Part shown: one piece after another, positions 51,619 through 64,000 of the stretch | How positions within the stretch are numbered: the stretch's first letter is position 1 | Layout of the letters: each line of letters begins with the position of its first letter | From: the human T2T-CHM13v2.0 reference genome, Homo sapiens | Length of the DNA stretch: 64,000 bases | Direction of reading: 5' to 3' | NCBI GenBank assembly: GCA_009914755.4 | Contig: CP068257.2 | Span: 38,880,001-38,944,000, forward strand | Translations under genes and position numbers: made by a program | Notes under the pieces: model-generated | What the model saw: the letters and a program-made list of their open reading frames with translations, nothing else | Databases searched by the model: none | What the model was told of the DNA's origin: nothing

Positions 51619-53179
51619 TGCTCATTTTGTCAATAAGGAAATGAAGGCTTGGAGCAAAGTGCTTAAAATCCTAGTTATTAAATATTTGCACCATTAACCA
51701 GACTCCAGGTCTTCCTAGTCCAGCATCATGTCACAATATTAGAAACGACCCCAGGAAAGAGCTCCAGGTAGGTGTCCTCTTCTGAATACTGGCCCCTCAC
51801 CCGGGCCTCTGCGGTGGTGCTGATCACACTGTGTGGCATTTCCCTGAAGACAATATATGCTCCTTGAGATATTTATCTGATTCATTTTTAAGGGGAAACA
51901 ATCAATGCATTAAATAAAATGTATCTGGCTCATTTCAAAAAAGAATACAGAATACATCTCACATACAAAATATGTTTAAGTATTTAAAATATTTGATAGG
52001 CTGGAAAGGTCAGACAAGTAAGATTCCTCTTCCCTCTGACAGTGTGTGTCTAAATGCCATAAATTTTTAAAACCTGATGTATTCACCTCCAACACCCCAA
52101 AGGCCTAAACATTTTAGTCCTAGGAAGTCCTGCCATTTCCCTGATTCCAGCAATCAATTATAGGGATGGGGACAAGAAATGTTATGATGGCCACTGGGAT
52201 CCACCATTTGGCATCCAGGTGGCCTTTAGCTAAGTGATGAAGAGGACATGGGCAGCCAGGTCACAGAGCATTGGCCTCATGACCCAGAACCAGAATCTGG
52301 GGTAGGTCATGTCCTATCACAAGCGACCCTCTAGGGGAATGCATTAAGCAGAATGTCAGGTTGAATGGAAATCACACATCCCTTCTTCACACCTTTATTC
52401 ATACCTCATGGGAAGGGGGAGCCACAGTGAGTCTGTGGAGGAAAGGAATGGGGGGGCAGGGATCCCAAATCTACAAGGGAAACTAAGTCCCAGCTTGAGG
52501 AAGCCTCCAAACCCTGTCTACTTGGTATCAGTCTTCCACCTTTACCTCTAAAGGGATATCAAATTAGTACTTCTCATGAGTCTCTGGTCACCTAGCCGCC
52601 AAGCATTACTTTAGTAATTTTAGGACTGTCCCCAGGCAACGAAAGTATTAAATGACAACTATTATTATTCATAATCTCCTGTTTAAAAGTTTTATTTCAT
52701 ATAAATTTACATAATTAAAAATATTTGTAAATAAAATATTGCTGCTCTCGGTTGTGTTCATTATTTGTCTCATCTACCTACCCAAGGGGAACACTTCTTT
52801 CACTGTTCTTTCAAAAGCTAACTTTTTAACTTTGAAAATGCCTGTTCCATAGACAGTAAGTGCCAAGTTGAACTCTTAGTCAGTGTGAGTTGGGTTTAAC
52901 CAAGAGGATACCTGGAAGTGAGGGGTGAGCCATCGCACTGGTGAAATTTCCTGCAGCATCAGCAGGAGTCAGGAGGGCAGGGGAGAAGCTTCATAATACA
53001 GGCAGGTGGGCTGAAAATAACTCACCATGCAGGGTTCTAGAAATTGAGGAATAAGCCTTGGTCACGGAGTAGAACAGGAATTATGGGAGGCAGTCTATGC
53101 AAAGTATATGCAAATCACTTGGAAGAGTCTGTCACATCGGAAACTTCACATGAATAGCAGCTGTACTAAGTTGAGCGGT

Positions 53180-53608
53180 GTCACCCCAAAATTAAGAAAG
53201 TCCTCTGGAACCTCAGAATGTGACCTTATTTGAAAATAGGGTATTTGCAGATGTAATTAGTTAAGGACCTTCAGATGAAATCATCCTGAATTTAGGGTGA
53301 GCCCTAAACCCAATAATTAGTGTCTTCGTAAGAAGAGGAGAGGCCACACAGAGACATAGAGAAGAACCCCCTGCGAAGATGAAGGCACAGATTCAAGTGA
53401 TACGGCCACAAGCCAAGGAATGCTGAAGAATGCCTGGGGCCACCAGAAACTGGAAGAGGCAAAAATAATCCTCCTCTAGAGCTTTCAGAAAGAGCTCGAC
53501 CCTGCTGACACCTTGATTTTGAACTTCCCACCTCTGGAACTGTGAGAATAATTTTTTTAAGCCACACAGTTTATGTTAATGTGTTATGACAACCCTAGGA
53601 AATGTACT
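53180..53608 (+). mobile_element. MaLR-type LTR (MLT/MST-like), near full length.
   Basis: CACCCCAAAATTAAGAAAGTCCTCTGGAACCTCAGAATGTGACCTTATTTGAAAATAGGGTATTTGCAGATGTAATTAGTTAAGGACC...AAGAAGAGGAGAGGCCACACAGAGACATAGAGAAG...GCTGACACCTTGATTTTGAACTTCCCACCTCTGGAACTGTGAGAATAATTTTTTTAAGCCACACAGTTTATGTTAATGTGTTATGACAACCCTAGG. Confidence 0.6.
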
Positions 53609-53830
53609 TTAGCCATTTTTATTGTTGTTATATATTTATCAATTGAACCTTTCCAAATGAAAATTATCTTTCAATTTGCATTTGATAGTCAAATTGAACT
53701 TGCGTCACTTTTTTCCAAATAAGAAAACTGGGTCATGTATTCACTTTTATTTAATTAAAAGTTTCCAAAAAAAAAAAAAGGTAGAATAGGCGCCAGAATT
53801 CAAAATTTAGGAACCTATTGTTTATGTTTC

Positions 53831-54175
53831 TCCAAAATTCATTTGTCGAAATTATAAACCCCAGTAGGTGAGGGTATTAGGAGGTAGGACTTTTGAGAGG
53901 TGATTAGGTCATGAGGATGAAGCCCTCAAGAATGAGATTAGTGCCCTTATGAAAAGACATGAGAGCTTGTGTTCTGTCCTTCTGCTCTGTGCCATGTAGG
54001 GATACAAGGACACAGTAAGAAGGCCACCATCTGAAAGCCACATGGACATCAGCAGACACAGCATCTACTGGTGCTTTGATTGTGGATGTCCAGCCCCTAA
54101 AATTGAGAAATCAATGTCTGTTGTTTAAGCCACCCAGACGATGGTATTCTGTGACAGCAGCCTGAGTTGACCAAG
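53831..54175 (+). mobile_element. MaLR-type LTR (MST-like), third copy in a 3-kb span. It is ~30% diverged from the other two and so is an independent insertion.
   Basis: TCCAAAATTCATTTGTCGAAATTATAAACCCCAGTAGGTGAGGGTATTAGGAGGTAGGACTTTTGAGAGGTGATTAGGTCATGAGGATGAAGCCCTCAAGAATGAGATTAGTGCCCTTATGAAAAGACATGAGAG...CTGTGCCATGTAGGGATACAAGGACACAGTAAGAAGGCCACCATCTGAAAGCC...TTGTTTAAGCCACCCAGACGATGGTATTCTGTGACAGCAGCCTGAGTTGACCAAG. Confidence 0.6.
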
Positions 54176-54439
54176 GACCTACAAAATATTTATTAATCTT
54201 CACAAATCAGGGAAATCATTTCTGCCCAGACAACCTCCACTGGGGATAGGCAGCCCTGTAATATCCGAAATTTTACATATATTCACTCTTCCAGCACGTT
54301 AAACAGCCTCACCTGCAAAGTCCCACTTTTTCTTTCAGTCTGTGCTTTAATAGTTTATAAAAGCCAGAAATGTCATGGGAAACCAGACAGACCACAGAGA
54401 AGTCACACAAAGAGGCATGACCTTTGCACCTGCCACTGA

Positions 54440-54600
54440 CTTTCTGGGAACCTCAGTTTCCTCATCTCTAAAACAGGTGTCCTGGGACACTTGGCAGGGG
54501 TAAGAATTGTGTGAGATGATGTGTGAAATATGCACACCATCCCAGCACACTGCAGGCATTGAGCTGGCACCAGCAATGGTCTGGCTATGGCTCCGAGCAC
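54440..54600 (+). mobile_element. MIR-like SINE fragment.
   Basis: GAACCTCAGTTTCCTCATCTCTAAAACAGGTG...ACACTGCAGGCATTGAGCTGGCACCA resembles the MIR core CCTCAGTTTCCTCATCTGTAAAATGGGG...GAACAGTGCCTGGCACA. Confidence 0.4.
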
Positions 54601-55269
54601 CAGCCTCCAACACTTACTGAATGAGGGGAGAACAAAGAGTCACCTCAAAAAGTGGCTTCAGCCCCTAGCCCCCTTGTGTGTAGCCCAGCCAGTCTGTCAC
54701 TGAGAAAACCAGTGACTGGAGTGGCCACGTGTCAAGGGCTTTGGGAACAGAAAGTCAGGTCCAGTCTGGGCTTTCTCTACCAGTGGGAAACCTTGGTGGG
54801 TTTCCAGCCTTGGCGAGCCTTTGTTCCCTCCTCCACAAAAGAAGATCCAAATAATCCCTAGTAACCTGGTCGTAATACTTAAATGATGTGATCTGGTACC
54901 AGGACCTGGCAGTGCATAGGCACTCATTCTGTCTTCCCTGACAAGACCCCTGCATGAAACTCAGCGGGTACATTCTCCCCTCCTAGGACACAAGCATTTT
55001 TAAAGAGGGTTAAGGTGTAGAGAAGTCCTTTTCTTGGGAAAATGATTCACAAGGCATCTATGGGGAGATATTTTCAGTAGGAAGCTGTGCAGGAGAGCTG
55101 GGGGTCCACACACTCAGGGTAGCTGTGAGCAGCATTTCCTTGGGTCATGGGGATATGTATCTGGAAAAGGGCCACCGCCCAGTCAGTGACATCTCTGCCA
55201 GGGCCTCAGGCAGACTCTGGCCCAAAGCAAACGGCAAAGTGGCCAACAGATCATGGGCTTTGGGTCTGA

Positions 55270-55385
55270 CAGATCTGGATTCAAATAACAGCCACTTCCC
55301 TGCCTTTTGACCTTAGGCAAATCATGTAGACTTCTCTGAGCCACCTCAGTTTCCATGTGAGGAGTAGGGGGTGACAATACCTATG
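55270..55385 (+). mobile_element. MIR SINE fragment.
   Basis: CCACTTCCCTGCCTTTTGACCTTAGGCAAATCATGTAGACTTCTCTGAGCCACCTCAGTTTCCATGTGAGGAGTAGGGGGTGACAATACCTATG matches the MIR consensus CCACTTACTAGCTGTGTGACCTTGGGCAAGTTACTTAACCTCTCTGTGCCTCAGTTTCCTCATCTGTAAAATGGGGATAATAATAGTACCTAC. Confidence 0.55.
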
Positions 55386-56299
55386 CCACCAGCTATGGCT
55401 TCGCCCAAGCACAGCTCCTGGCATGGATCTGGCAGTAAATACATGGGGTTTTCCTCCCTAGTCCATGCATGGACCTCAGTGGCCTTTGGTTTGTCAGTTT
55501 TTTTATATTCCTTCGAGATGAAGTTCATCCATTTAAAAAAATAAAATACAAATAAGTTTGATTTAGCAAAAATCTGTGGGTGACATTTGCTAAAGTTGGA
55601 TTTATGTCTCATTTAATATTTATTGGGATTAAGTCACTGCTGGCCTCACCCCAAAACCCATAGAAAAAGAGAAGCTCAGGTCTTTCTAAGGGAAGTCACG
55701 TCTTACACTTCCCCTTTTCAGGAGAGGCCTAGTGAGAATGTGGTTTTGCTCCAGGGGCTGGGGCTGGGGTGGGAGCCTGGAGGATCCTTTCTAAAGGCTG
55801 ATACCCCCCAGTTATTGGGGGCAAGGGGGCTGAGAAGCATTTCTTCTTGAGGCCCATGTCAACCCCATCCAAATCCCCTCGTAACATCAAGCAGAGCAAC
55901 TAAGACAGAGCCAAGAGCAGCCCAACCTTGGTCATGGGGAATCCTCACCGTCCTCTCTGTCCCCAACCCTGTCTATCCTGGGGAAGACAGCCCAGAGGCA
56001 GACATGACCCCACTGTCCCCCGGTGTAGACACAATAGCAGCAAGGAAGACAGCCTGCTAACCTTTCTAGAATCCATTTTTCTCCACACTCCCACACCACG
56101 GCCTTCCTTTCTTGCTTCTTACACGCCTGCTGTTAGAAAGATCTTAATTCTGGTGACTGAGGGAAACACAAAATGGTGGCTTATAATCAAATCAGCCCAG
56201 AAGCCACTCTGCACCCAAACCTATCACCCGGAGGGACGTGAAAGCTAATTCTTCAAAAGCCAAACACAGTCGTCTCCTTTTCCAAGTCCTGGGATTCAG

Positions 56300-57350
56300 C
56301 TGTCAGGCCTCATGAAAACCATTCTCCTCAAGGTTAAAACCTTAATGCACTGTTTGCACATTGAATCAAAAGAGGTTTGCATAATTAATGGAGCACAGAA
56401 AAATCGGGAGACAGAACGCAAAGTAGGTTTTAGGAGAAATAAAAGGCTTGCAGGAGGAAGGCATGCCCTCCTGAGTTTGCTGCACAAGTACAAAGACACC
56501 GGTGGAATCAAAAGGCAGGTCATGAGAACCAGCCACAGGGGACCTCTTCCAGCCTTCAGCACAGGGAGGAGAGGAAACAAGACGTCTGGACACTGGGTTT
56601 CTGGAGCAATGCTTCCACTGTCCTTCAAATGTGCCTCAAATTGTTCAAGCAAACTCAGAACGTCTCTGCCACGTTCCCTGGAACAATGGAATGTCCTTGC
56701 TGAGAAAGGCAGGGAGCAAGACGAAGGCAGGCAGGCAGCATTTCCTCTACAGACAGACACTGCGCAGTGTCCCGCAGCCCCCCAAATTGGGGAGGGATTC
56801 CTCGCGTGGCATCAGTAAGGGGCGCTCAGCAGAGGCAGCCTGGCATATGGTGTCTCCAATTTTTTAGTGACAAGTGGCATGTTAGCAGAGCTGCGGAGGA
56901 GCGGGGAGAGAGCCGGTTGGTTAATCACTCCCCATTGCCTGCACCCTCAGGCAAAATCATATTGCTTTATGCAGATGAGTTCATAACAGTTTCTTCAATT
57001 TGGCTTTTATAGAAAAAAGCGCCAGCTCCTCGCACTGTGTCAACAGCCACCCGAGGGCCTAGCACTTTACAAGGCGAGTGTATTACTATTTAAAGACCAG
57101 CTTTTAGCTGAACATCAGGGCTGCCTTCAGAGTTTAATTACCGCCCTCCCCATGGGGCCAAATGAGCCATCGACTCCTCCCAAGGGGGTTCTGCTTGGTA
57201 CTGATCTTTAAGTAAGTAAACGCTAAACCAGCTCATCTTAAAGCGCCCACATCTGATTTCCTGCTCTGCTGCAAGACAGTAGGTGACTGGTAATGACCCG
57301 TGAGCAATTTACAATCCTGGATGTAATTAATCTTCAACTGAAAATAAACC
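56300..57350. promoter_or_regulatory. Candidate conserved non-coding or enhancer-like element. It is a repeat-free ~1 kb block with locally elevated GC, retained CpGs and multiple TAATTA/homeodomain-type motifs.
   Basis: Seen directly: no Alu, L1 or LTR signatures from ~55400 to 57777. I count about 17 CpG in 56740-57300 (CCTCGCGTGG, GGGCGCTC, GAGCGGGG, AGCCGGTTGG, AAGCGCCAGCTCCTCGCAC, CCCGAGGG, AGGCGAG, ACCGCCC, ATCGAC, AAACGC, AAGCGCCC, ACCCGTG) against a CpG-depleted background. Motifs include CATAATTAATGG (56383), GGTTAATCAC (56920), GTTTAATTACC (57135) and GTAATTAATC (57318). This is inference, not a measured conservation score. Confidence 0.3.
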
Positions 57351-57777
57351 AGTAAAAAAATATATATATATATATATGTACAATATAAAATATATAATAG
57401 AATTTGTATTTCCTTTTCTAAATTATCAGAGAAAGATCTCAATAGCACGTGCAATTTCCTGAAACAATTTCCAATTTTATTACAGCAGTTTTTTTCTTTC
57501 TCCTCTTACTTTCCTTCTCAATTTGCAAAATTGAATAGAATGTGTTTGAAAGGCCAGGGTCACAGCCTTTCTACATCCTCAACAGTGATCATCAAATTAG
57601 TCCTTTTAAAGTACCATTAGGTAGGCATGACTTTGGGATATATAATTGTCCGTTAGAAGACAAATTAACATGTCAATAGTAGTACACAGTGATATTTTAT
57701 CTGAGAGTGGCCCAAAGAATTAAAAATCTAGTGCATTTTCCAAAAGCCATGGAAGAATCAAAATAGGGTAAAACAAG

Positions 57778-58060
57778 GCCGGGCACGGTGGCTCATGCCT
57801 GTAATCCCAGCCTTTGGGAGACCAAGATGGGCAAACCACTTAAGCTCAGGAGTTCAAGACCAGCCTGAGCAACATGGTGAAACCCCATCTCTACCAAAAA
57901 TACAAAAAATTAACTGGGTGTGGTGGTGTGTGCCCGAGGTCCCAGCTACTCTGGAGGCTGAGGCGCGAGGATCACCTGAGCCTGGGAGCCGAGATTGCAC
58001 CATGGCACTTCAGCTTGGGCAACACAGTGTGACCCTGTCTCAAAAAAAACATTAAAAATG
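57778..58060 (+). mobile_element. Alu SINE, diverged (older subfamily).
   Basis: GGCCGGGCACGGTGGCTCATGCCTGTAATCCCAGCCTTTGGGAGACCAAGATGGGCAAACCACTTAAGCTCAGGAGTTCAAGACCAGCCTGAGCAACATGGTGAAACCCCATCTCTACCAAAAATACAAAAAATTAACTGGGTGTGGTGG... Confidence 0.95.
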
Positions 58061-59098
58061 TCATTTATCTTCTTGTTTTGAGAGAATACCAACAACAAAA
58101 ATATTAAAGATACATACATTTAATTTGTAACATAAACAAGCTTGGCAGAACATTCCTAAGGTGTTGACTGAGTTCCAAACAGACCAAGGTATTACATTTT
58201 CATTCTGGAAAACTCCTGCTGATTCTTCAGTCATTTACTTCGAGATAAAAAAAAACAACAATGCATCCAGGGCTGTGAGGGTCCCACTACTTGCGCTTAG
58301 GAAGAGAACAGCTGAGAACGGTAAGCAGTGGTCCTTACACTACCTTCTCTCAGCATCCATATGACCAAACGAAATAAAACAAAGTTCCCTGATATGTACA
58401 TTTGTGACCCTGAGTTGAATCAGTTATGTCTGTGTTTTAATAGGCTGCCAACCACACTGAGATACTCAGGCAGCATGAAAGGGTATGGAAGACCTAGGTT
58501 CTAGGCCTGTCTCATAAGGTGTTACATTTTGGGACAAGTCATACTTCAGCTCACTCACCTTCATATTTAACAAAGAAATTTAATCTGTTATATTGACGTT
58601 TGGAAACCCCAGCTAAGCTAACAGGGAGAAGGGCTGTGGTGAAATGGTGGTGATGAACAAACCTCTTAGAGGTACATCATGCAAGACGAGATAAATAATA
58701 CTGTTAACTACCAGTCTCTAAGCTGAGAAAATGTGCTGGCTAAGTCAACAGGTTGCTGTATCCTTTACACACTGACATAAATGCTGAAATGAATGAAATA
58801 ATGAAAAGCTAAGCAAAGAGTCTTGCTTTATGGAGGATCCATGGAGCATCAAGCCCTACGCTTGGTATTTTGAGTTCTTGACGTTACTTACAAATGAAAA
58901 GAACCCTACCAAAATACTAGTCCTACCTATAGGAAATGTCCGACATCACCCAGCTAGTCATTGGTATCTGGATCCCAGATCCACACCAACACCGAGCCCC
59001 AGGCCTGACACTCAACTCAACCAATATCCTTTCTCTGGGCCGTCCTGCCTCCCAGGGCTTTCTGCTGTTCAGCCATCTACTCAAAAATATTTTACTAG

Positions 59099-59398
<300 letters not shown>

Positions 59399-60887
59399 TC
59401 AAAATTGCCACCAAGTGTCTCAATCCTTGCAATTGTCCCTTAGGACAGACCCTTCTTTCCATTCAACAAGGTATTCCGAACAAACACATTACGTCTTTGT
59501 GGATATTTCTCTAGAGTAGTAGTAGCTATTAAAAGAAAAACTTTAGACAAATTTAACAGAGTTTAATTGAGCAAAGAATGATTTGAGAATTGGGCAGCCT
59601 CCAGAACCATAATATGTTCAGAGTAACTGAGGGACTGTCACATGGTTGGGATAACATTTATGGACAGAAAAAGGAAAGTGAGGTAGACAAAAGGGACGAG
59701 AGGCACAGAAACAGCAGCGCTGCTTACAGGCTTATTTGAGCTCAGTTTGAATAGTTGGATGCAAGTGATTGGCTGAAACTGGGATGCTGTGATTGGCTGA
59801 GACTCAGCTACTTGTTACAGTGTAGATTACAGTCCCTTTACACGTCCAGTTAGATGACAGTTCACTATGTACAGAGAAACCTTTAGGTCAAACTTAAAAA
59901 ATGTAGTGTTAATGAAAAAAGCCAAACTGAAATATTTAAAGAGGTTTATTCTGAGCCAAATACCAATGACCATGGCCTGAGGCATAGTCTCAAGAAGTCC
60001 TGAGTACATGAGCTGCAGGTGGTTGGGTTACAGCTTGGTTTTACACGTCTTAGGGAAACATAAGACATCAATCAATACATGCGAGGTATACATTGGTTCA
60101 GTCCAGAAAGGCAGGACATCTTGAAGTGGGTGGGGGTGTTGCTTACAGGTTATAGGTGGATTCAAAGAGTTTCTGATTGACAATTGGTTGGAATTGTCAA
60201 TTATTCCAACCAATTATTATCTAAAGACCTGGAATCAGTAGAAAGAAACTGTCTGGATTAAGATAAGGGGTTGTGGAGACTGAGGTTCTTATTATGTAGA
60301 TGAAGTCTCATAGGTGGCTGCCCTTAGAGACAATAGATAGCAAATGTTTCCCCTTCAGACTTTTAAAAGGTGCTAGACTCTCTGTTAATCTCTTCAGGAT
60401 TGGGAGGGCCTGGAAGATGAAAGATCTAGTTATGTTAATAGGGATTCCTTACAGGTGCAAAATTTCCCCCACAAAAGACAGCTTTGCAGAACCATTTCCA
60501 AAATATGGCAAGGAAAGATATTTTGGGGTAAAATATTTTGATTTCCTTCTTTATCTGTCATGTGATATTATACTAAAGTTAGGTTGGAATTTGGTATCTT
60601 ATTGCTATGAAGAATCTTTCTGTCCATCTTAGGATCTCTATTTTAATGTTAATGCTGCTCAGTCGTGTCTAAACTCCAAAAGGCAGAGTGTATAATGAGA
60701 CATGTCTGATGGCCTCTCTTCCTGTCATGGCCTGAACTACCTTTTCAGGTTTCCTTGGGTCCCTTTGGCCAAGAGGGTGTGTCCATTCAGTCAGCTGGGG
60801 GGCTTAGACTTGTATTTTTTGGTTTACAGTAAGGAGGCAGCTGATGTAAAGAGATAAACTCAGAAAAATTGTAAGAGTTCTATTTCC

Positions 60888-61180
<293 letters not shown>

Positions 61181-62874
61181 TTCTCTTCCCTTCCTAGACC
61201 CTTCCAATGAATGAGACAGATTCCTTGGGTTCACAGAGGGAGTTAAGAAGAGCTGCCTTTAGCACACTGCATTTCTCAAATCTGATTCAACTGGAAACTC
61301 AAGTAGTCTAGAAATAGGGGTTTACTGAGGAAGATCTGTATATCTCCCATTGCTGCAGTGTGGGAAACATCTAGAATGTGCCACACTCACTGTCCTGAAA
61401 TCTTCTATGTGTTAGAAATGTTTCTATCTTCTTCACCAATCACCTATTCTATCTCAGCTATTCCACCTGTGTGCTGCTGCCAAAGGTTGGCAGCTTCATC
61501 TACTTTCCATCTGAACCAGATCTGAAACTACATTTAAATCTAACACAGCTGACCAAATCTACATGAAAATTCTTATCTAGATGAATTAGCATATACACAA
61601 TGTTTATGTATTTTCACCTACCTTCATGAACTAATTTCACCATAATTGATGCCACATAAATAGTTTTGAGACTACAATTACATGTTTTACACTTAAAAAG
61701 CTTTCATTTCACCCAATATAATAATGGGCATTATTTTCTATGCTTAAGGACTGAAGTATTACAGCAATTGTAGTAAAAAAGTAAAACATTATACAGCTCA
61801 TGTGGAAACAGCTTTCTAATTTTTTAAGACTAAGATTAGGATGCAAATCCAACCCGGAAATTGAACCATCACTAAGCATCTTTGTTCATCTGATCACTGC
61901 TCAAAACCATCTGCACTGAATTGTAAGATATTAATAACAAACCGTTTAACAATCAGCTAGGATTAAAGGACAAAGCCTCTTAGGGACAGTTTCTATTGGT
62001 GGATTTTAAAAATAAAAGAAGAAACAGCACAAGTCACATTTCTTTCTAGATTGTAGAACTCCACAAAATGTTTTTGTTTATATATTTAAGCAGTGCTTTT
62101 ATGAAAGTACCACTGGACTTACCTTTTATGTCTTGGAAAGGGCATATGTAGTATCTGAGGATCAAGTTCTTCTGAAAATTTCCAGCAACTTTTAGAGATC
62201 AACTCAATGACAGTATGTCATTCAAATCAGCATTTTATATTGAAAGGCCTGTGGTGATAATGTGGAAATCCACCAGGATTCCCCTGATGCAAGGTTTCAG
62301 GAGGTATCAGTTATTTGTGTACAGGACACATCCCAAGGCCCTGCAAGAAGGCCCCTGCATTACAATGTATAATGTAAGAAAATTCAGATGTGTCTAACTC
62401 TTTGCAAACAAATAAGATTTTTACATATATATCATTAACCAAATATACCTTTAATTTTTTAACCAATCCTTCCTCTTCTAGCCAACAACTGTGATATCTA
62501 AATGCTTCTCACTCTTCATTCCCAAGATAACACATCCGTTTGCACCCAAAAGTATATTGCAAACACCTGCCAGCAATTCATGCTTCAATTCTCAAATCCA
62601 TTTCAACCTGTAAATTTTTCTTCTGAATTATTTTTTTTAACATTCTGTGACAGAGTCATAGGATCACTAAAACAAGACTGTTAAAAATAAAAGGTTCATG
62701 AAAGATCACCTAGTTCCATTTTCTCATTTATCATATGACAAAACTGAGGCCCAACAGGTTACGTGACTTATCCTCCTCAGAGCAAAGCCAAGCGGAGGAG
62801 GAAACAAAAAATCCCAGATCTTGAATCAGGGTGCTTGTCATTGTTGTCATTTGTAGAGGTATTGTTTAAGACAG

Positions 62875-63065
62875 GGTCATGCTAGATGTCCAGGCTGGAA
62901 TGCAGTGGCTATTTACAGATGTCATAACGCTTACTACAACCTCAAACTCCTGGGCTTAAACAATCCTCCCGCCTCAGTGTCCTTAGTAGCCAGTAGCTGG
63001 GACTACAGGCATGCATCACCATGCCTGGCTGTTTGTTTTGATTGTTAGTTTTTTTTTTTTTTTTT
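62875..63065 (-). mobile_element. Alu right-arm-only fragment (free right monomer-like or 3'-truncated Alu) ending in the T-rich linker. There is no left arm and no terminal poly-T.
   Basis: AAGACAGGGTCATGCTAGATGTCCAGGCTGGAATGCAGTGGCTATTTACAGATGTCATAACGCTTACTACAACCTCAAACTCCTGGGCTTAAACAATCCTCCCGCCTCAGTGTCCTTAGTAGCCAGTAGCTGGGACTACAGGCATGCATCACCATGCCTGGCTGTTTGTTTTGATTGTTAG(T)18. Confidence 0.7.
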
Positions 63066-64000
63066 AATGCGACAAATTGTTGGATTAAACGAATTAAAAA
63101 CATTTTAGAACATAACTGCAAACAATAAAATTAGACTGCTTCTGCTAAGTCTTACTTAGGTGCAAGATCCAGGGGAAAGGGCAGCTATCATTCTTACAAA
63201 AATGGAAAGATAGTTTAAATCCTGGAAATACTTGTCTCTGACTAGGAATGTTTTCCCCTGGCCAGTACCATGGGGAAAGTTCTTCTGTGGACCTAGCCTT
63301 TCAGGGACCCCTCAAGTCCTTCACCTTGTGGACAATTTTGGGGAAATGAGCCAATTTCGACAGTCATCTAGTCAACAGTAACAGGAATTCCATTGTGTAC
63401 TGAATATAGTACTGAGTAAAGAATATGAGTAACAAATCTCAGAAAAGTATATATTACAGAGACGGTTATCCACTCACATAGGGGGAGACATACTCTCCTC
63501 CTATGCTGTATTGCACTAAATTATTTTTTAAAATTATAGAGGTAATTCCTATTTTTAGGTATTCTTAGAAGATGACAGAACAAACTATATGTAAAATATA
63601 AAATGGATTTTGGTAACCTTCTGGAGGATACTAAGTGTAATCTCTGCTCCCATAATATTTCATTTTTGTTTTTATGTTTTTGTAACCACTAACATGTTGT
63701 ACTGGAATTTAACACTTGACACATGGTATTGAAATTGTTTATTTTCTTGGTGATTTCCCCCATTACATTGTGAGCCCCTTAAAGACAATGTTTTATTAAT
63801 TTTCCAGTAGGTAGCACCAAGCCCAGTACCTAGTGCACAGAAGGCATTCAGTAAATGGTGGATGAATTAACAAATAAAAGAATGAGTGAGTGAGTGAATG
63901 AAATGATGCATATTTTATATTTCAAAAATCTTTATAGTTTATACACGATTAACTTGAATATTTTAAATTCAATATTCAGGCATTCCTATCCTCACTTTCC

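Noticed and set aside
56296-56818. Overlapping long ORFs on both strands (154 aa minus, 168 aa plus, plus 75-81 aa ones) in a unique GC-rich region, suggestive of a gene.
   Set aside because: The translations are low-information (Cys/Ser/Leu/Arg-rich strings). Neither strand is favoured, and there is no start-context or splice structure. Bidirectional ORFs are expected where local GC content suppresses stop codons. I interpret the block as non-coding and regulatory (see findings) rather than a CDS.

Overview
This window is primate, almost certainly human, nuclear genomic DNA. It is not a prokaryotic or viral locus, so bacterial gene models do not apply. Four things seen directly in the sequence support this. 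(1) There are about 22 Alu SINEs, each with the diagnostic GGCCGGGCGCGGTGGCTCACGCCTGTAATCCCAGCACTTTGGGAGGC left arm, an A-rich linker and a poly-A tail; several have intact target-site duplications. (2) There is a roughly 5.4 kb 5'-truncated L1 (LINE-1) with recognisable ORF1 and ORF2 remnants and the characteristic 3' UTR, plus two smaller L1 fragments. (3) There are MIR SINE fragments, MaLR/ERV LTR fragments and a TIR-bounded DNA-transposon relic. (4) CpG is strongly depleted and there are many long microsatellites: (TA)n/(CA)n compounds of 250-630 bp and two (TCCA)n arrays. No ORF in the supplied six-frame track is credible as a protein-coding gene. The longest ORFs are translations of microsatellites ((YI)n, (PSIH)n, (WMDG)n peptides), of Alu consensus sequence, or of decayed L1 ORF2. 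I found no rRNA, tRNA or CRISPR feature. Repeats account for roughly 40% of the window; the rest is unique AT-rich intergenic or intronic sequence. The most interesting non-repeat features are two candidates. One is a roughly 1 kb repeat-free, CpG-retaining block rich in TAATTA-type homeodomain motifs at about 56.3-57.4 kb, a candidate conserved non-coding or enhancer element. The other is a short exon-like unit with a strong polypyrimidine/AG acceptor and a GT donor at about 47.53-47.60 kb. Both are inferences from sequence alone. I cannot support any undescribed defence or metabolic 'system' here and do not claim one. All coordinates of repeat boundaries are by-eye estimates (±10-30 bp).
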